Under the pieces are notes generated by a model, which had not been told where the DNA came from, did not search any database, and was given only the letters and a program-made list of their open reading frames with translations. Below are positions 48,456 through 59,016 of a DNA stretch of 64,000 bases, piece after piece. Position numbers and translations under genes: made by a program. This stretch comes from a virus: positions 46,524 to 110,523 of IMG/VR virus record IMGVR_UViG_3300000228_000004. One strand, 5' to 3'. Within the stretch, counting starts at the first letter, position 1; each line of letters begins with the position of its first letter.

Positions 48456-49193
48456 TTAAATTTTAAGTTGTTTTATGATATCGTAAACTTGGTTCGCGTA
48501 AGTTTTATCTGGGATCCCGTTAGCATTCCTAATCACCCCATAGTATCTCAACAAAGCAGACTCTTCTTTCGTCTCGGTGAATTTCAACTTCTTCTTTTCG
48601 TGCGTATATACACCCAGAATAAAAGCAGATGCTTTGATGTTTGTCTCTAAGTTAGATAATGAGTTTTTGGACTTGATGCCTATATCACAAAGCTCGTATT
48701 TCCAAATCTCATAAATAACGCCACCCATACCTTGGGCATTAACTTTCGCGGTCTTGACTTTTGTCCAATTTTTCTTTATCGGTATTTTCACGAAAACAGT
48801 TGAATGTTTAGCATTTTTATCCATACTAGACTCTTTCGCCAAAAGCGCAGTAAGAGTAACTGGGTCAATTTGATATTCTTTAGCATATCTCAAAATAGCC
48901 GATACGATAATTCCTTTATCTTTTGATGTATTCGGGTAAACCCCAACAAGTCTCTGTACCGCAATTAAATCTTCTAGTTCAGTCTGGGTCAGGGAAGAAC
49001 CTTTATCCGTTACTTTTTCTGGTACTTTAGTTGGTTCTTCAACTCTAGTTATTTCGTTTCCACCGCGAGCCTTATTTTCAATACTGTGTTCGCTTTGAAT
49101 TTTAGAAGTCACTATAATCGTACTGAAAACACCTATAGAAGCGGATAAAACAATTAACGATGTTATCACCAATGTATATCTGTATTTTACCAC
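48456..49193 (-). CDS. SLT-family lytic transglycosylase with N-terminal membrane anchor
   Basis: IDP..LTALLAKESS, NIKASA.IL, ALLRYYG, YANQV. Confidence 0.75.
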   Translation of the reverse strand: MVKYRYTLVITSLIVLSASIGVFSTIIVTSKIQSEHSIENKARGGNEITRVEEPTKVPEKVTDKGSSLTQTELEDLIAVQRLVGVYPNTSKDKGIIVSAILRYAKEYQIDPVTLTALLAKESSMDKNAKHSTVFVKIPIKKNWTKVKTAKVNAQGMGGVIYEIWKYELCDIGIKSKNSLSNLETNIKASAFILGVYTHEKKKLKFTETKEESALLRYYGVIRNANGIPDKTYANQVYDIIKQLKI

Positions 49194-49516
49194 TGAGTCC
49201 CTTTCTCTACGCTTTCAATGATTTGATAAGTTATCGTTCCATGCTTTCACATAAATCAAAATGTGCACCCAAAGATTTCAATGATAAATCACCCTTGTGT
49301 GTAAAATCGCCGTCACTTCTCAGGTTAATTATACCAACACCCAGATCCTACCTATTGAAATCCTCTTACCGACACGACACAGTTTTTCAAGTATACTTCC
49401 TCTAGAAAACCCAAATAAATGTCCGCTTTTGGGATAACCTCGTATGGGGTACTCGGCATAAATATTTCTCTCGATTTCGTAGCCATTTTTAACCCTTTCT
49501 TTATGTTACATAATAT

Positions 49517-49549
49517 ATTATACCGTAAGTTAGCTTAAAGAGAGGTTAA
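49517..49549 (-). promoter_or_regulatory. early promoter
   Basis: TTAACCTCTCTTTAAGCTAACTTACGGTATAAT. Confidence 0.8.
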
Positions 49550-49709
49550 AACGCGACGCGGTTAGATGAAAATTCACGAAACTTCTTTGGGGACATCACC
49601 ACCCCTTCTTAAAAGAAGTTCTACCATTTCAGTATTTCTTTTTTCATACGCTATGATTAACGGGAAGCCACCGTTGTTTTGAATATCAGCTTCGGCATCC
49701 AATAGCACT

Positions 49710-50267
49710 TCAACCACCGTCAAATATCCCATCTTCACGGCAACATTCAGAGGATATAAGTTTGATATATTTTGGGTTTGCGCCCCAGCGCAATAGAATT
49801 TTAACGGATTCAGTACAACCGAAATATGAAGATTTTTTCAGACACTCATCTTTTTTGAAATCAAGTAAAAGAGAATGCCTTAAAATAAAAGCCATCATTG
49901 AACAATTCCCTGATTCGAATATCTTTTCTATTACAAGACCCCCTCTTGCATTGATATCAGCACCAGATATTAAAAGAAATTCAAATATTTCAGGTTTGCC
50001 GAGCAAGACCGCCCGTAACAAAGGTTCATTTTCACTAGAGGACACACTTGTACCAAAGTTTAAAACCAACTTCACTAAATCAAGGTCACGAGTGTCGACC
50101 GCCTTTACGAGAAATAATCCGTCTCTGTAATTAACATCCATATTTTTACTATCAATTATTCCTTTAGCTTTCCAGAAATCTTTTTCTTCGATGAATTTCA
50201 ATAATTTTTCTTCATTATTGAAAAATAGCAATTTCTTAATATTCTTGAAAGTAATTTTCATTTTCAC
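49710..50267 (-). CDS. ankyrin-repeat protein (repeats appear to continue in another frame to about 49600)
   Basis: PLLRAVLLGK.EI..FLL..GADIN; VKILLRWGANP. Confidence 0.75.
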   Translation of the reverse strand: MKMKITFKNIKKLLFFNNEEKLLKFIEEKDFWKAKGIIDSKNMDVNYRDGLFLVKAVDTRDLDLVKLVLNFGTSVSSSENEPLLRAVLLGKPEIFEFLLISGADINARGGLVIEKIFESGNCSMMAFILRHSLLLDFKKDECLKKSSYFGCTESVKILLRWGANPKYIKLISSECCREDGIFDGG

Positions 50268-50298
50268 TCCTAATGTTTTTGTTTGCAGTAAAGCAGCT

Positions 50299-51324
50299 TC
50301 AACTATTATACAATTTAAGAAATTGAAGCTCTAAGGTATCCATCAATGATCTATTTGAAGTTTCCGGTAATCCTGAAGTTTCGAGAAGCCCTTTCACTTC
50401 ATCTAATTTCGAGTTCACGAAATCCATCACTAAATCTAAACCTAACTTTCCACCTTTAACTGTTTTCACGAAATCTTTTTCTCTCAACGGGAATGTAACA
50501 AAGTTTGTTTTGAGTAGTTCTTCAACTTCAAATAATACCCTAACAGAATGAGAAAGTGATTTCCAATCAACTCCTTCTGAACTTGCTTTAGTCCTGTTAC
50601 CGAAACCTTGCATTGATTCAGCCATTCTATCAAAGAAATAATTAAAAGTTACATCTTTAGAGAATTTCTTACCTAGAACTTCAATATATTCTATCATATT
50701 TTCACCATCACCAGTTTTCGGTCCAGGTGATTTTACGACTTTAAGATATTTGAAACCTTGTTCTTCGAAGAATTCTTTAAATTCATCAAGATAATTTTCA
50801 AGTTTGTACTTAACCGTGGTATTAAATTGTTTACCAAGATATTCATAAAATTCTTGTACTTCTTTATATCTTGTCCCCTTGACTCCATATTTTTGTGATT
50901 GCCCAACCGCGTACCCAGTAAATGAATGCAACCCTCTATTCAAGAAATGTAAGTAATTAACTTTCATCTCTGAAGTAAAATCCCTGTTTTCATACACAAC
51001 TGATTCAGACCACATACTAAATAATAAATCTAATGCTCCAGTTTCACCCTTTCTCAGTAATTCAAAGAATTTGTTAACTGAAAATAACTGTAAATCCGTG
51101 TCAGTTGTGGAGTTTTTTATATTGGTATTATTTGTGTTCGAAGTCCAATGGTCTAAGTCTTTTTTTAATAAAACTAAATCGGAGTTTTGAACGAATACAC
51201 CTTTATAGTCAGTATCAGAATTTTCATTTTCTGTTCCATACAACTTAGAGCCATACTTGGTTACAAACAAAACAGTTGCTTGATTTTCTTTTTCAAATTG
51301 TTTTAATTTCTCTGTCATTTTCAA
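50299..51324 (-). CDS. Pol-beta superfamily nucleotidyltransferase (YcgL/RlaP, T4 NrdC.11-like)
   Basis: GSKLYG...SDTDYKGVF, DWKSLSHSVR, FPL. Confidence 0.85.
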   Translation of the reverse strand: MKMTEKLKQFEKENQATVLFVTKYGSKLYGTENENSDTDYKGVFVQNSDLVLLKKDLDHWTSNTNNTNIKNSTTDTDLQLFSVNKFFELLRKGETGALDLLFSMWSESVVYENRDFTSEMKVNYLHFLNRGLHSFTGYAVGQSQKYGVKGTRYKEVQEFYEYLGKQFNTTVKYKLENYLDEFKEFFEEQGFKYLKVVKSPGPKTGDGENMIEYIEVLGKKFSKDVTFNYFFDRMAESMQGFGNRTKASSEGVDWKSLSHSVRVLFEVEELLKTNFVTFPLREKDFVKTVKGGKLGLDLVMDFVNSKLDEVKGLLETSGLPETSNRSLMDTLELQFLKLYNS

Positions 51325-51607
51325 TCCTTCGTTTATTTTGAATCATAAGACAATAATATTATGGGTATCTTTATAGTATAATTAATCACTTGCCTTCAAA
51401 ATACACGCAAATATTGTCGCTATCATAACCATCAATGGATGAGATTTTAATAACTTTATTCAGTGCAACCATTTCTTTATAAGCCAATTCTTTAAATTCT
51501 GCCCATTCATTGGCTGAACCTCGTACATAAAAATCTGAAATTTTTTCATTGCAGTATCAAATTCTTTTTTTTTTGTCATCGTAAATCATTTAATTGTTAT
51601 ATAATAT

Positions 51608-51640
51608 ATTATACCGTAAGTCAAGTTAAAGAAAGTTTAA
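51608..51640 (-). promoter_or_regulatory. early promoter
   Basis: TTAAACTTTCTTTAACTTGACTTACGGTATAAT. Confidence 0.75.
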
Positions 51641-51825
51641 TCGTTCTTCCATTTCCGTTCATTTGGGTTTCTCAGAATAAGATACAATGCTTGCTCAATT
51701 TTTCTGAGTTCATTATATTCTTCATTCGCCCCTACATCGTATCTCGAAGCATCATCTATGAACTCTCTTCTGGTTCTTAACATTACCAGCACCTCAGCCA
51801 ACATTTCTTTTATCTCATCGAGCAT
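51637..51825 (-). CDS. hypothetical protein
   Basis: Short ORF with RBS. Confidence 0.45.
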   Translation of the reverse strand: MLDEIKEMLAEVLVMLRTRREFIDDASRYDVGANEEYNELRKIEQALYLILRNPNERKWKND

Positions 51826-51826
51826 A

Positions 51827-52060
51827 TTAATCCTTTATTGTTCTTATGTTATTTGAAAATTCTCTTGTTACATCCATAGCTTCTGGATAACAAACACAGC
51901 TTATTTGAGCCTTATCTGTATATTTTAAAATTTTGTTTTTGTGATATCGTGATTGCGTATTTATAAAAAGGAGCGAGTATTTCTTAACTTGCTTCAAAGT
52001 TCGTAAACAATCATTTGAATAAGAAACGCTCACCATCAACGCCAAGACCAATGATTTCAT
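51827..52060 (-). CDS. hypothetical secreted protein
   Basis: Short signal-peptide-like N-terminus, early promoter upstream. Confidence 0.5.
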   Translation of the reverse strand: MKSLVLALMVSVSYSNDCLRTLKQVKKYSLLFINTQSRYHKNKILKYTDKAQISCVCYPEAMDVTREFSNNIRTIKD

Positions 52061-52091
52061 TTTTAAACCTTTTCTTTATGATATATGATAT

Positions 52092-52124
52092 ATTATACCG
52101 TAACTTAGCTTAAAGTAAGGTTAA
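52092..52124 (-). promoter_or_regulatory. early promoter
   Basis: TTAACCTTACTTTAAGCTAAGTTACGGTATAAT. Confidence 0.8.
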
Positions 52125-52225
52125 AAATGAAATTTTTAAAAATTTAAATAATAGGGGGATATAATTCGTGAGTCACTACCCTGCTTTGGGTGGGTTTTTA
52201 GTAGATTTGAGCAAGCGGTGACATA

Positions 52226-52759
52226 TCAGAATTGAATGAAAAAGCTGTGAATCGTTATTAATGAACTTTTTAAATGTTCAAACGCTAAATCAACCGCCCT
52301 TCGAAGATGAATTTTCAATTGTTTGTCTTGATAACCGAGTTCATTGATAGTATTCTCCAACCCTTCAATTTCGCCACGATATTTACCCAATTCACTTCCC
52401 AATATACTAATTTCGATTTTATGTATACCTTGAATGGCACTAATTTTTTTCGTGAGAGCATTAATACTCTCGTTCATTTCGATATTATCTGGTTTCAAAT
52501 ATATTGAAGTAGAAGCCAACAACATCTTAACCCCATTAGAGGCCTCTTTTATGTGAACATCATATAAAATTTTATCAGTCAATGCCTCTGATAGAATCTT
52601 CTTTATCATTCCTTTTGGCGCGTTGTACGGCAGCCAACTCGAAATAGTTTGTCTTTTTAATTCTATAGCATCAAAAGATTGTGAAAAGATTCCATCTGTG
52701 TCAGTATATTCAGTCGTTTCAATTTTCGAAGCTGGTGAATAGTCTAGTTCTATGCTCAC
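52226..52759 (-). CDS. hypothetical coiled-coil protein
   Basis: ORF overlapping the upstream stop. Confidence 0.5.
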   Translation of the reverse strand: MSIELDYSPASKIETTEYTDTDGIFSQSFDAIELKRQTISSWLPYNAPKGMIKKILSEALTDKILYDVHIKEASNGVKMLLASTSIYLKPDNIEMNESINALTKKISAIQGIHKIEISILGSELGKYRGEIEGLENTINELGYQDKQLKIHLRRAVDLAFEHLKSSLITIHSFFIQF

Positions 52760-53508
52760 AATAATTCCTTTGGGGGTGTATTATAATGACACTCGAAAAA
52801 GTCTTCAGAACCGTCTTGAAGAATTTCTTTATGTATTAAATCTACATGCATATGCCCAAAATGCCATTCCTTGAAGGTCACGCGTTCATATAAAACCTCA
52901 AGGAATTCTGAGGTGGTATCTTTTATTTTACCGACATTATATTTGGTTATATGAATAAATTTTTCAACTAAAGAAGTCGGGCAAGTATGAGTCAATACAT
53001 AATCGAGATCATATCCTTTTGAGTCAAGTTCATTGAAACAGTCCTCAGTTTCTTTATACGATATATCTTCTTGTACCCACCAAGATACATCTTTTGTTCT
53101 ATTTGATTTGTCTATACTGTGCGCGCCACCGACTGTTAAAATCTTCCTTCCGTTTATAGTGTAAATACCGCCACGCTTAAAGAAATAAATTCTATCACCA
53201 GCACTTGACTCCCAAAATTGAACTTCGTTGCCCCACATTTCACACCAAGGCAAGGTTTCAATTTCATTATAATTCTCGTGGTTTCCTAGCACTACAGCTG
53301 TAGTGAATTTTTTCCTAGCAACCCATTCTAACCAATAGGTCTGTTCTTTATTCATACCCAATGGATACCAAATACCACCGAAATCGCCAAGTTGTATTAA
53401 AACATCATTTTTACTTAATGTCTTTTGTTCTGGGAAATTTCTTGTATTGATTTTTTGTATATCGTGGGACATGTGCGTGTCACCGCACACAAATAATCTA
53501 TTTTTCAT
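52756..53508 (-). CDS. metallophosphoesterase
   Basis: GDTH, LGDFG, GNHE, GGAHSID, THTCP, FGHMH. Confidence 0.9.
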   Translation of the reverse strand: MKNRLFVCGDTHMSHDIQKINTRNFPEQKTLSKNDVLIQLGDFGGIWYPLGMNKEQTYWLEWVARKKFTTAVVLGNHENYNEIETLPWCEMWGNEVQFWESSAGDRIYFFKRGGIYTINGRKILTVGGAHSIDKSNRTKDVSWWVQEDISYKETEDCFNELDSKGYDLDYVLTHTCPTSLVEKFIHITKYNVGKIKDTTSEFLEVLYERVTFKEWHFGHMHVDLIHKEILQDGSEDFFECHYNTPPKELL

Positions 53509-53781
53509 TTACTTCCCTTTCTTAGGAATAATTTTTATTTCAAAAAGCAGAACTACCTGACTTTTTCTTGCGTACCTAGCTGATACGCGGCTTTCATCAA
53601 CTCTTCTACCGCATACATTTCTTCCAAGTTTATATTAGAAATTATTTCCAATAAATCTTCTATATCAGCATCACCGAACTGTTCATCGATTGTTCTCAAA
53701 CATAATTCTATTTCGTTCATAAAGTACCCCTGTTACATTTTCAACTATTTAAGCCCAATAACATGGTGTGTCCTGTTATCG

Positions 53782-54129
53782 TTAGATATATTTCTCAATG
53801 TCCAAATTTTCAAACCCGAATATATCACCGTCACTATTATTAGAAAAAACGATTTTTTGAATTTCACCCTTTAAAACATCATTCAAGATTCCTTCAATTA
53901 TATCAGCTATTCTTTTTTTATCCTTGATAAATGAACCCTTATATTTTGTTTTAAATATTGCTTGAGTCAACCACTTTGGTATATTTTCAGATGATCTATA
54001 AACTGAAGGGTTGTCAATCATATCCTGTATTTCAGCGGATTCATAAGTGAAAGTTCTATTCTTTCTTGACCCAGTGACCTGTAAAATTATCTCATTATTC
54101 TCTATTGATTCTACTATTTCTCTTAACAT
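53782..54129 (-). CDS. hypothetical protein with N-terminal MLREIVE motif
   Basis: ORF with AGGA RBS. Confidence 0.55.
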   Translation of the reverse strand: MLREIVESIENNEIILQVTGSRKNRTFTYESAEIQDMIDNPSVYRSSENIPKWLTQAIFKTKYKGSFIKDKKRIADIIEGILNDVLKGEIQKIVFSNNSDGDIFGFENLDIEKYI

Positions 54130-54439
54130 ACGCTTTCCTTAATTTTATATTCGTGATTCAAATATATAAAAATGGCACTGAAAAAGTATGTTTTTTACAC
54201 GCCTTTAGTACTCATTTTAAGTATTTAATACTGAATTTCTAGTCTAGTTCACGACCCAGTGCCGATGTGTTCATAATGTGTCTCTGGTTGAGCCCATTAT
54301 TTCATCTGCTCTTTTCAATATATGTTTAGGTGGATTTTTGAAGTCACTTGGTTCAACTTCATTATTAAATTTTGTGCCCTAGTTCCCTTGTATATTTTCA
54401 TCAAATCTACCATGAGCTAATGTGCTTCTACTTTTAAAT

Positions 54440-55855
54440 TCACTCCAACCCCTTAGCTGAATTTTCTATGGCTATCGCACTTTCAAGTGTGTCACCGTGT
54501 TCTTTATCATCTCTTATTAGTTTAAATACTGGGTGGAGGCAAGACCAATTACCATCGGAGTCTCTACTTAACCCAGAACATTTTATCTCAACAAGTTTTC
54601 CGTTAAGTGAATCCATATTTTCGGTTATGAATAACATGTCTTTTTCAGTTATGCCTCCAGGGGAAGTTCTTAAATTTCCACATTCTGAGGTAACATTTAA
54701 ACTAGATATGACATTTTCGTTTTTTGTTCCAGGAGTACCGTAATTAAAACTTTCAATCCTTAAATCTAGATCGATTGAAATCTTCATTTTAATCTGGTGG
54801 GAAGGCTTTCCGTCTGCCCACTCGCCATTAGATCCTTTTAGTATAGTCCCTTCTTCACCCCTGTGTAACATGTCTTGGAAATGCTCTACTGCTTCAGCCT
54901 TATTTCTAACCACTCTGTACTCAATTATCTCAAATGATGAAGTCTCTTTTATCGCATCTTCTAATAACATCAGTCGTTGACTTCTAGAAGTTTCTGAACA
55001 TTTCTTACGGTAATCAGATAAAGGGATGTAATCCCAAGCAACTAATGTGAGTGAGTCATTCACATTAGCTAAAGTGACTCCATTACTGTCCCTGAATTTT
55101 CTGGCTTCTTTAGATATATCCTTCCCATCAAATTGTTTTTGTGCGATAGAAATATAACTAGATATGATACCATTTGCTTTATACCTATCTTTTTCACCCC
55201 TAAGCATTAACTCACCATTGATAACAATATCAAACCCAAAATAATCCCTCAACTTCTTAGCTTCTATTTCAAGAGCACCCATTAATGGGTTCGGGTTTCC
55301 ACCCCTTGACTCAAAAAATACCCCAGTTGAAGTTGAAATGATATTCAAATATCTCCCGTCCATCTTTACTTCTGAAAATGCATATGGGTGTTTTTCAAAT
55401 AATGATTTTATTTTCTTTTCATCGTATGATACAGCACCCATATACGGTACTTCGTATATTTGGAATGGTTTCATTTCATCGTTAATTAACGAAATTCCGA
55501 AACCAGCCTTGAAATCTTTTGAAATAATCCATTTTATTACTTGAGCATCTTTTTCGGAAGTAGCCCCTAAAATTTCTTTCAAAAACGCAATGCCGTCAGT
55601 CCCAGTACTCTCCCTATGGACTAATTTACTTAGGGCTTCAATTGCCTCTTTTAAAGATAAATCTGGTGCGTGATATTCATACTCTGGTATTTTTTTGATA
55701 CCGAATGTCACCCTTGGGTCAAGTGCATTAGTGAGGACAAGTTGAAATAATTCATTTTCTTTATTATCTCTTAGAATTTCTCTTTTTGAATTTATACTTG
55801 AAGTTGTTCTTAGTTGTTCTATTATATCATAAGGGGTCATTATAGTTCCATTCAA
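54440..55855 (-). CDS. 30: ATP-dependent DNA ligase (gp30)
   Basis: EVKMDGRY, INGEL, AWD, EEGTILK, IKMK, HPVF...RDDK. Confidence 0.95.
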   Translation of the reverse strand: MNGTIMTPYDIIEQLRTTSSINSKREILRDNKENELFQLVLTNALDPRVTFGIKKIPEYEYHAPDLSLKEAIEALSKLVHRESTGTDGIAFLKEILGATSEKDAQVIKWIISKDFKAGFGISLINDEMKPFQIYEVPYMGAVSYDEKKIKSLFEKHPYAFSEVKMDGRYLNIISTSTGVFFESRGGNPNPLMGALEIEAKKLRDYFGFDIVINGELMLRGEKDRYKANGIISSYISIAQKQFDGKDISKEARKFRDSNGVTLANVNDSLTLVAWDYIPLSDYRKKCSETSRSQRLMLLEDAIKETSSFEIIEYRVVRNKAEAVEHFQDMLHRGEEGTILKGSNGEWADGKPSHQIKMKISIDLDLRIESFNYGTPGTKNENVISSLNVTSECGNLRTSPGGITEKDMLFITENMDSLNGKLVEIKCSGLSRDSDGNWSCLHPVFKLIRDDKEHGDTLESAIAIENSAKGLE

Positions 55856-56106
55856 TTTAATTGTTTCTGGCGCGCATCATCTAATTCTTCGAACACAATT
55901 TTTTTATCATCTAGACTTAGTTCAAATATAAATACAGCATTTTCGTCCATATACATCGCGTGTTCACTTAACACGATGAAATTCATAATATCGACTCCAG
56001 GGAATTCATTAACAAATTCCTCCCATATACCCATTGCTTCTAAGTTCAACGCGTCAACTAAAGTCTCACCATTCTCAAAAACAACACTAAATTTAGCATC
56101 TTTCAT
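55852..56106 (-). CDS. hypothetical protein
   Basis: ORF below an early promoter. Confidence 0.55.
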   Translation of the reverse strand: MKDAKFSVVFENGETLVDALNLEAMGIWEEFVNEFPGVDIMNFIVLSEHAMYMDENAVFIFELSLDDKKIVFEELDDARQKQLN

Positions 56107-56133
56107 TTTAACCCTTTATTTTCGTTATGTAAT

Positions 56134-56166
56134 ATTATACTGTAAGTTAGCTTAAAGTAAGGTTAA
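56134..56166 (-). promoter_or_regulatory. early promoter
   Basis: TTAACCTTACTTTAAGCTAACTTACAGTATAAT. Confidence 0.8.
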
Positions 56167-56168
56167 TA

Positions 56169-56582
56169 TCATTCCATTGACAATTTATATGACAATGTGT
56201 CTATATCGCCTTGTATATCTTCCAATACCCCGTTTAAAGAAAGTAAATCACCGCTAGAAGTTTTGTCAAGCATAAATGAGACCTTTGTTCTAAGACCAGA
56301 CAATTGTTTTATGAGTTCTTCTTTTTTATACCCAATTTTAAAATTGACATTCACTTCACCAGAAGATATCGTGAAACCCATACCCAAATAGGTTTCTATT
56401 AAGGTATCTACATCACCTTGTATGTCTTCATAAAATTCACCTAGAGCAACATGCTCTGAGTATGAACTTGTAAATAAATGGTATAAGTGTGTTTGTTCAA
56501 CGAACCATAACATTTCTAATGCCAAATTTTCAAATTCACCCTCAGTACTTTTATCAAACCCCTCTAAAATCTCTTTTAACAT
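56169..56582 (-). CDS. Dps/ferritin-like protein (DUF5856-like)
   Basis: HLYHL.T.SYSEHVALGEFYE......D.LIE.Y.G, C-terminal YKL. Confidence 0.75.
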   Translation of the reverse strand: MLKEILEGFDKSTEGEFENLALEMLWFVEQTHLYHLFTSSYSEHVALGEFYEDIQGDVDTLIETYLGMGFTISSGEVNVNFKIGYKKEELIKQLSGLRTKVSFMLDKTSSGDLLSLNGVLEDIQGDIDTLSYKLSME

Positions 56583-56594
56583 AGTTAATACCTT

Positions 56595-56837
56595 TTAATA
56601 ATTTTTAAACACTATATTTTTGTTAATCCAGCGTTTATCAGTTTCATATACCCCAGCGTTTCCACCCACCACGAAATTCATTTTAATGATGTTACCCAAT
56701 ATCCTGTAATCAGAAAGAACAACATTATCACCGAACTTGTGTTTCAAGAATGCTACTATCTCTTCAGATGTGACATCAGCCACGGAATCATCATCTATTC
56801 CGATTACCCTTTCTAATATTTCTCGTATCAACTTCAT
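56595..56837 (-). CDS. hypothetical protein with LIREILE motif
   Basis: Tightly packed ORF. Confidence 0.5.
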   Translation of the reverse strand: MKLIREILERVIGIDDDSVADVTSEEIVAFLKHKFGDNVVLSDYRILGNIIKMNFVVGGNAGVYETDKRWINKNIVFKNY

Positions 56838-57230
56838 TTACCCCAGAACTAACATTTTTTCACCATTTTTGATTTTATAATCATTGGGTGTTTTCTTATT
56901 GAGTTGCATGATAGTCACGAAGGTCATAGTCTTAAACTCATTGTTGACGGACACTAAGCAATTTTGATACCCGTTAGCGTCTTGGTAAATTAAATGGTAT
57001 TTTCCATCTTGTATTTCAATCGGACGCTTCTTAAGAAACAACTTCACTATTCCGATAAATTCTTTACAGAAAAACCCGTCATCTCTTTCTTTTTCAGAAG
57101 GAGGTCTTGGGTCGTCTAAGTGTGATGTTCTACCTATAATCCAAGTACCCAATTTAAACATAGCACCGTTTCCAGTAGAGCAATCTGGAGAAACCCTTTC
57201 TAGAACTTTTAAAACAGCTTCTCTTATCAT
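56838..57230 (-). CDS. hypothetical protein with MIREAV motif
   Basis: ORF with strong GGAGG RBS. Confidence 0.55.
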   Translation of the reverse strand: MIREAVLKVLERVSPDCSTGNGAMFKLGTWIIGRTSHLDDPRPPSEKERDDGFFCKEFIGIVKLFLKKRPIEIQDGKYHLIYQDANGYQNCLVSVNNEFKTMTFVTIMQLNKKTPNDYKIKNGEKMLVLG

Positions 57231-57537
57231 ACTCCCTCCTCAATTTTTCATATATTATATACCATTACATTTGTTTAGAATACCAGTCTAAAGTTTTCTT
57301 AGAAATTTTTGCGCCGAGTTTCTTCAATTCTTTGTTAAGCTCATCAAACCCCATTGTTTGCGCTATAAAATAATCATCATCAGCTCTTCCGATATCAAAT
57401 TCACCAAATTCCCCGTAACCAACATATTAATTTTCACCATCATTGCCTTTGAATGGGAGGGTATCCCATTCAAGTTCTCTCTTAATTTCAATTTCCTCGT
57501 TAATACTCTTTACTATTTCTCTCAACATGTTTTATCC

Positions 57538-58086
57538 TTAATTTTTATAAATTATCACGGATTCAACATTTTCGTCTTTCCCGTACTTAACAGTATTTAA
57601 TTTTGAAACTTCCACGGTTCTTATGACTTTGTCATCTGGTACCAATCTTTGTTCACCGCCAGCATGCCTTTCTTTATTGCGTTTTAAAGCAGTTTCAGGT
57701 TCCACATCAACAAGTAGTACCACAACTTTCATTCCGGCATCTTTAGCCCACTTGAACTTGTTAGAAGATGATTCTATATTGTTACCAGTCCCCATCTGAA
57801 CTATTGTCTGTTTGTTTTTAAATGCGTCCAATAATTCTTTTTTAGACCTTGCGGTTGCTCTCGAAACTTGTTTCCTCGGGTCAGTGTTAAATTCCTTTCC
57901 AAATTCAGCAGTGTATTCGTCTATATCTATAAGCTTCAACCCTTTTAGGTATTTGTTGAAAACGAAATTTTTACCAGCACCAGCTCCGCCGACCATGAAA
58001 ATGAAAGTAGGTTCTTTTTCAGCGAGTTCTTTCAAATCACTTATTTGAACTTTGGATATAGCTTCCCTTATATATACGCGTCTCAT
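57538..58086 (-). CDS. P-loop kinase (AAA_33/zeta-toxin/PNK-like)
   Basis: GGAGAGKN, IDID, ALKRNKER. Confidence 0.75.
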   Translation of the reverse strand: MRRVYIREAISKVQISDLKELAEKEPTFIFMVGGAGAGKNFVFNKYLKGLKLIDIDEYTAEFGKEFNTDPRKQVSRATARSKKELLDAFKNKQTIVQMGTGNNIESSSNKFKWAKDAGMKVVVLLVDVEPETALKRNKERHAGGEQRLVPDDKVIRTVEVSKLNTVKYGKDENVESVIIYKN

Positions 58087-58110
58087 TATTTTCCATATAG
58101 AAGTATATGG

Positions 58111-59016
58111 TTATCGTGGAACCCATCTATTTCTGAAGACAAAATAGTAAACTGAGTTTTTTTCATTTTTTCTAATCTTATCGGTTTCCCATTTTTTAAT
58201 ACCATATATCACTTCACCAATTTCAATGTTCTTTATCTTCGATGTAAATTCATCATATAAACCGCTATTTTTTAAAAGTTCAATGTCTTCATCACTATAA
58301 AAATTCTCAATTAATGTAGTCCTAACTAACGCTTCTCTAAAGATTGATTTCTTAATAGAAGAAACCGAAATAATTTTAAATCTGTCATTTAGAGCCTTTA
58401 TCGTAGAAAACGCCAAATGTATTACTGTCCCACCGACCCAAGGAAATGACAAACCTACGAAAACACCAGAAGCGAGTAATGACAACATTTTTAAACCCTT
58501 GTCACCGCCAAAAATATTCTCAAGTGAGAAGTCACCTAATAAAGCGCCAATAATATCTGAAAAATCGAAATCATATTCTATATCACCAGTGAATGACATA
58601 TTCAACCAGATGAAAACTAGAATACCCCCTACTGCGAACCCACCCAATCTCTTCATTTTGGGATTCGCTTGTAACCAAGTATCAAGTTCTTTTAATTTTT
58701 CAGTAGTCCACTTAGTGACTTTATTTTTAGAGGCAAATTTAAAAATTTCATTTAAAAGTGTTTTGTATGCTCTATACCCTTCTTTCACTGCTTTGAATAA
58801 AATATTGAAAGACCATTTTATTGAATTAAAAAATTTTAATACAAGCTTCTCTTTGAATAACTTTAGTAAATCCTTAAATCCAACATTTAATTTAGACGCA
58901 AGGTCAGTTATGAAGTCGATTTGATTCTTAAATTTATCAAATAACCCTTCATTGGCTTGTCCCAATAACATAGATTCTATGAATGATTCAAATTCTACGA
59001 TATTTACTTGGGTCAT
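58111..59016 (-). CDS. hypothetical membrane protein
   Basis: Two to three hydrophobic segments. Confidence 0.55.
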   Translation of the reverse strand: MTQVNIVEFESFIESMLLGQANEGLFDKFKNQIDFITDLASKLNVGFKDLLKLFKEKLVLKFFNSIKWSFNILFKAVKEGYRAYKTLLNEIFKFASKNKVTKWTTEKLKELDTWLQANPKMKRLGGFAVGGILVFIWLNMSFTGDIEYDFDFSDIIGALLGDFSLENIFGGDKGLKMLSLLASGVFVGLSFPWVGGTVIHLAFSTIKALNDRFKIISVSSIKKSIFREALVRTTLIENFYSDEDIELLKNSGLYDEFTSKIKNIEIGEVIYGIKKWETDKIRKNEKNSVYYFVFRNRWVPR

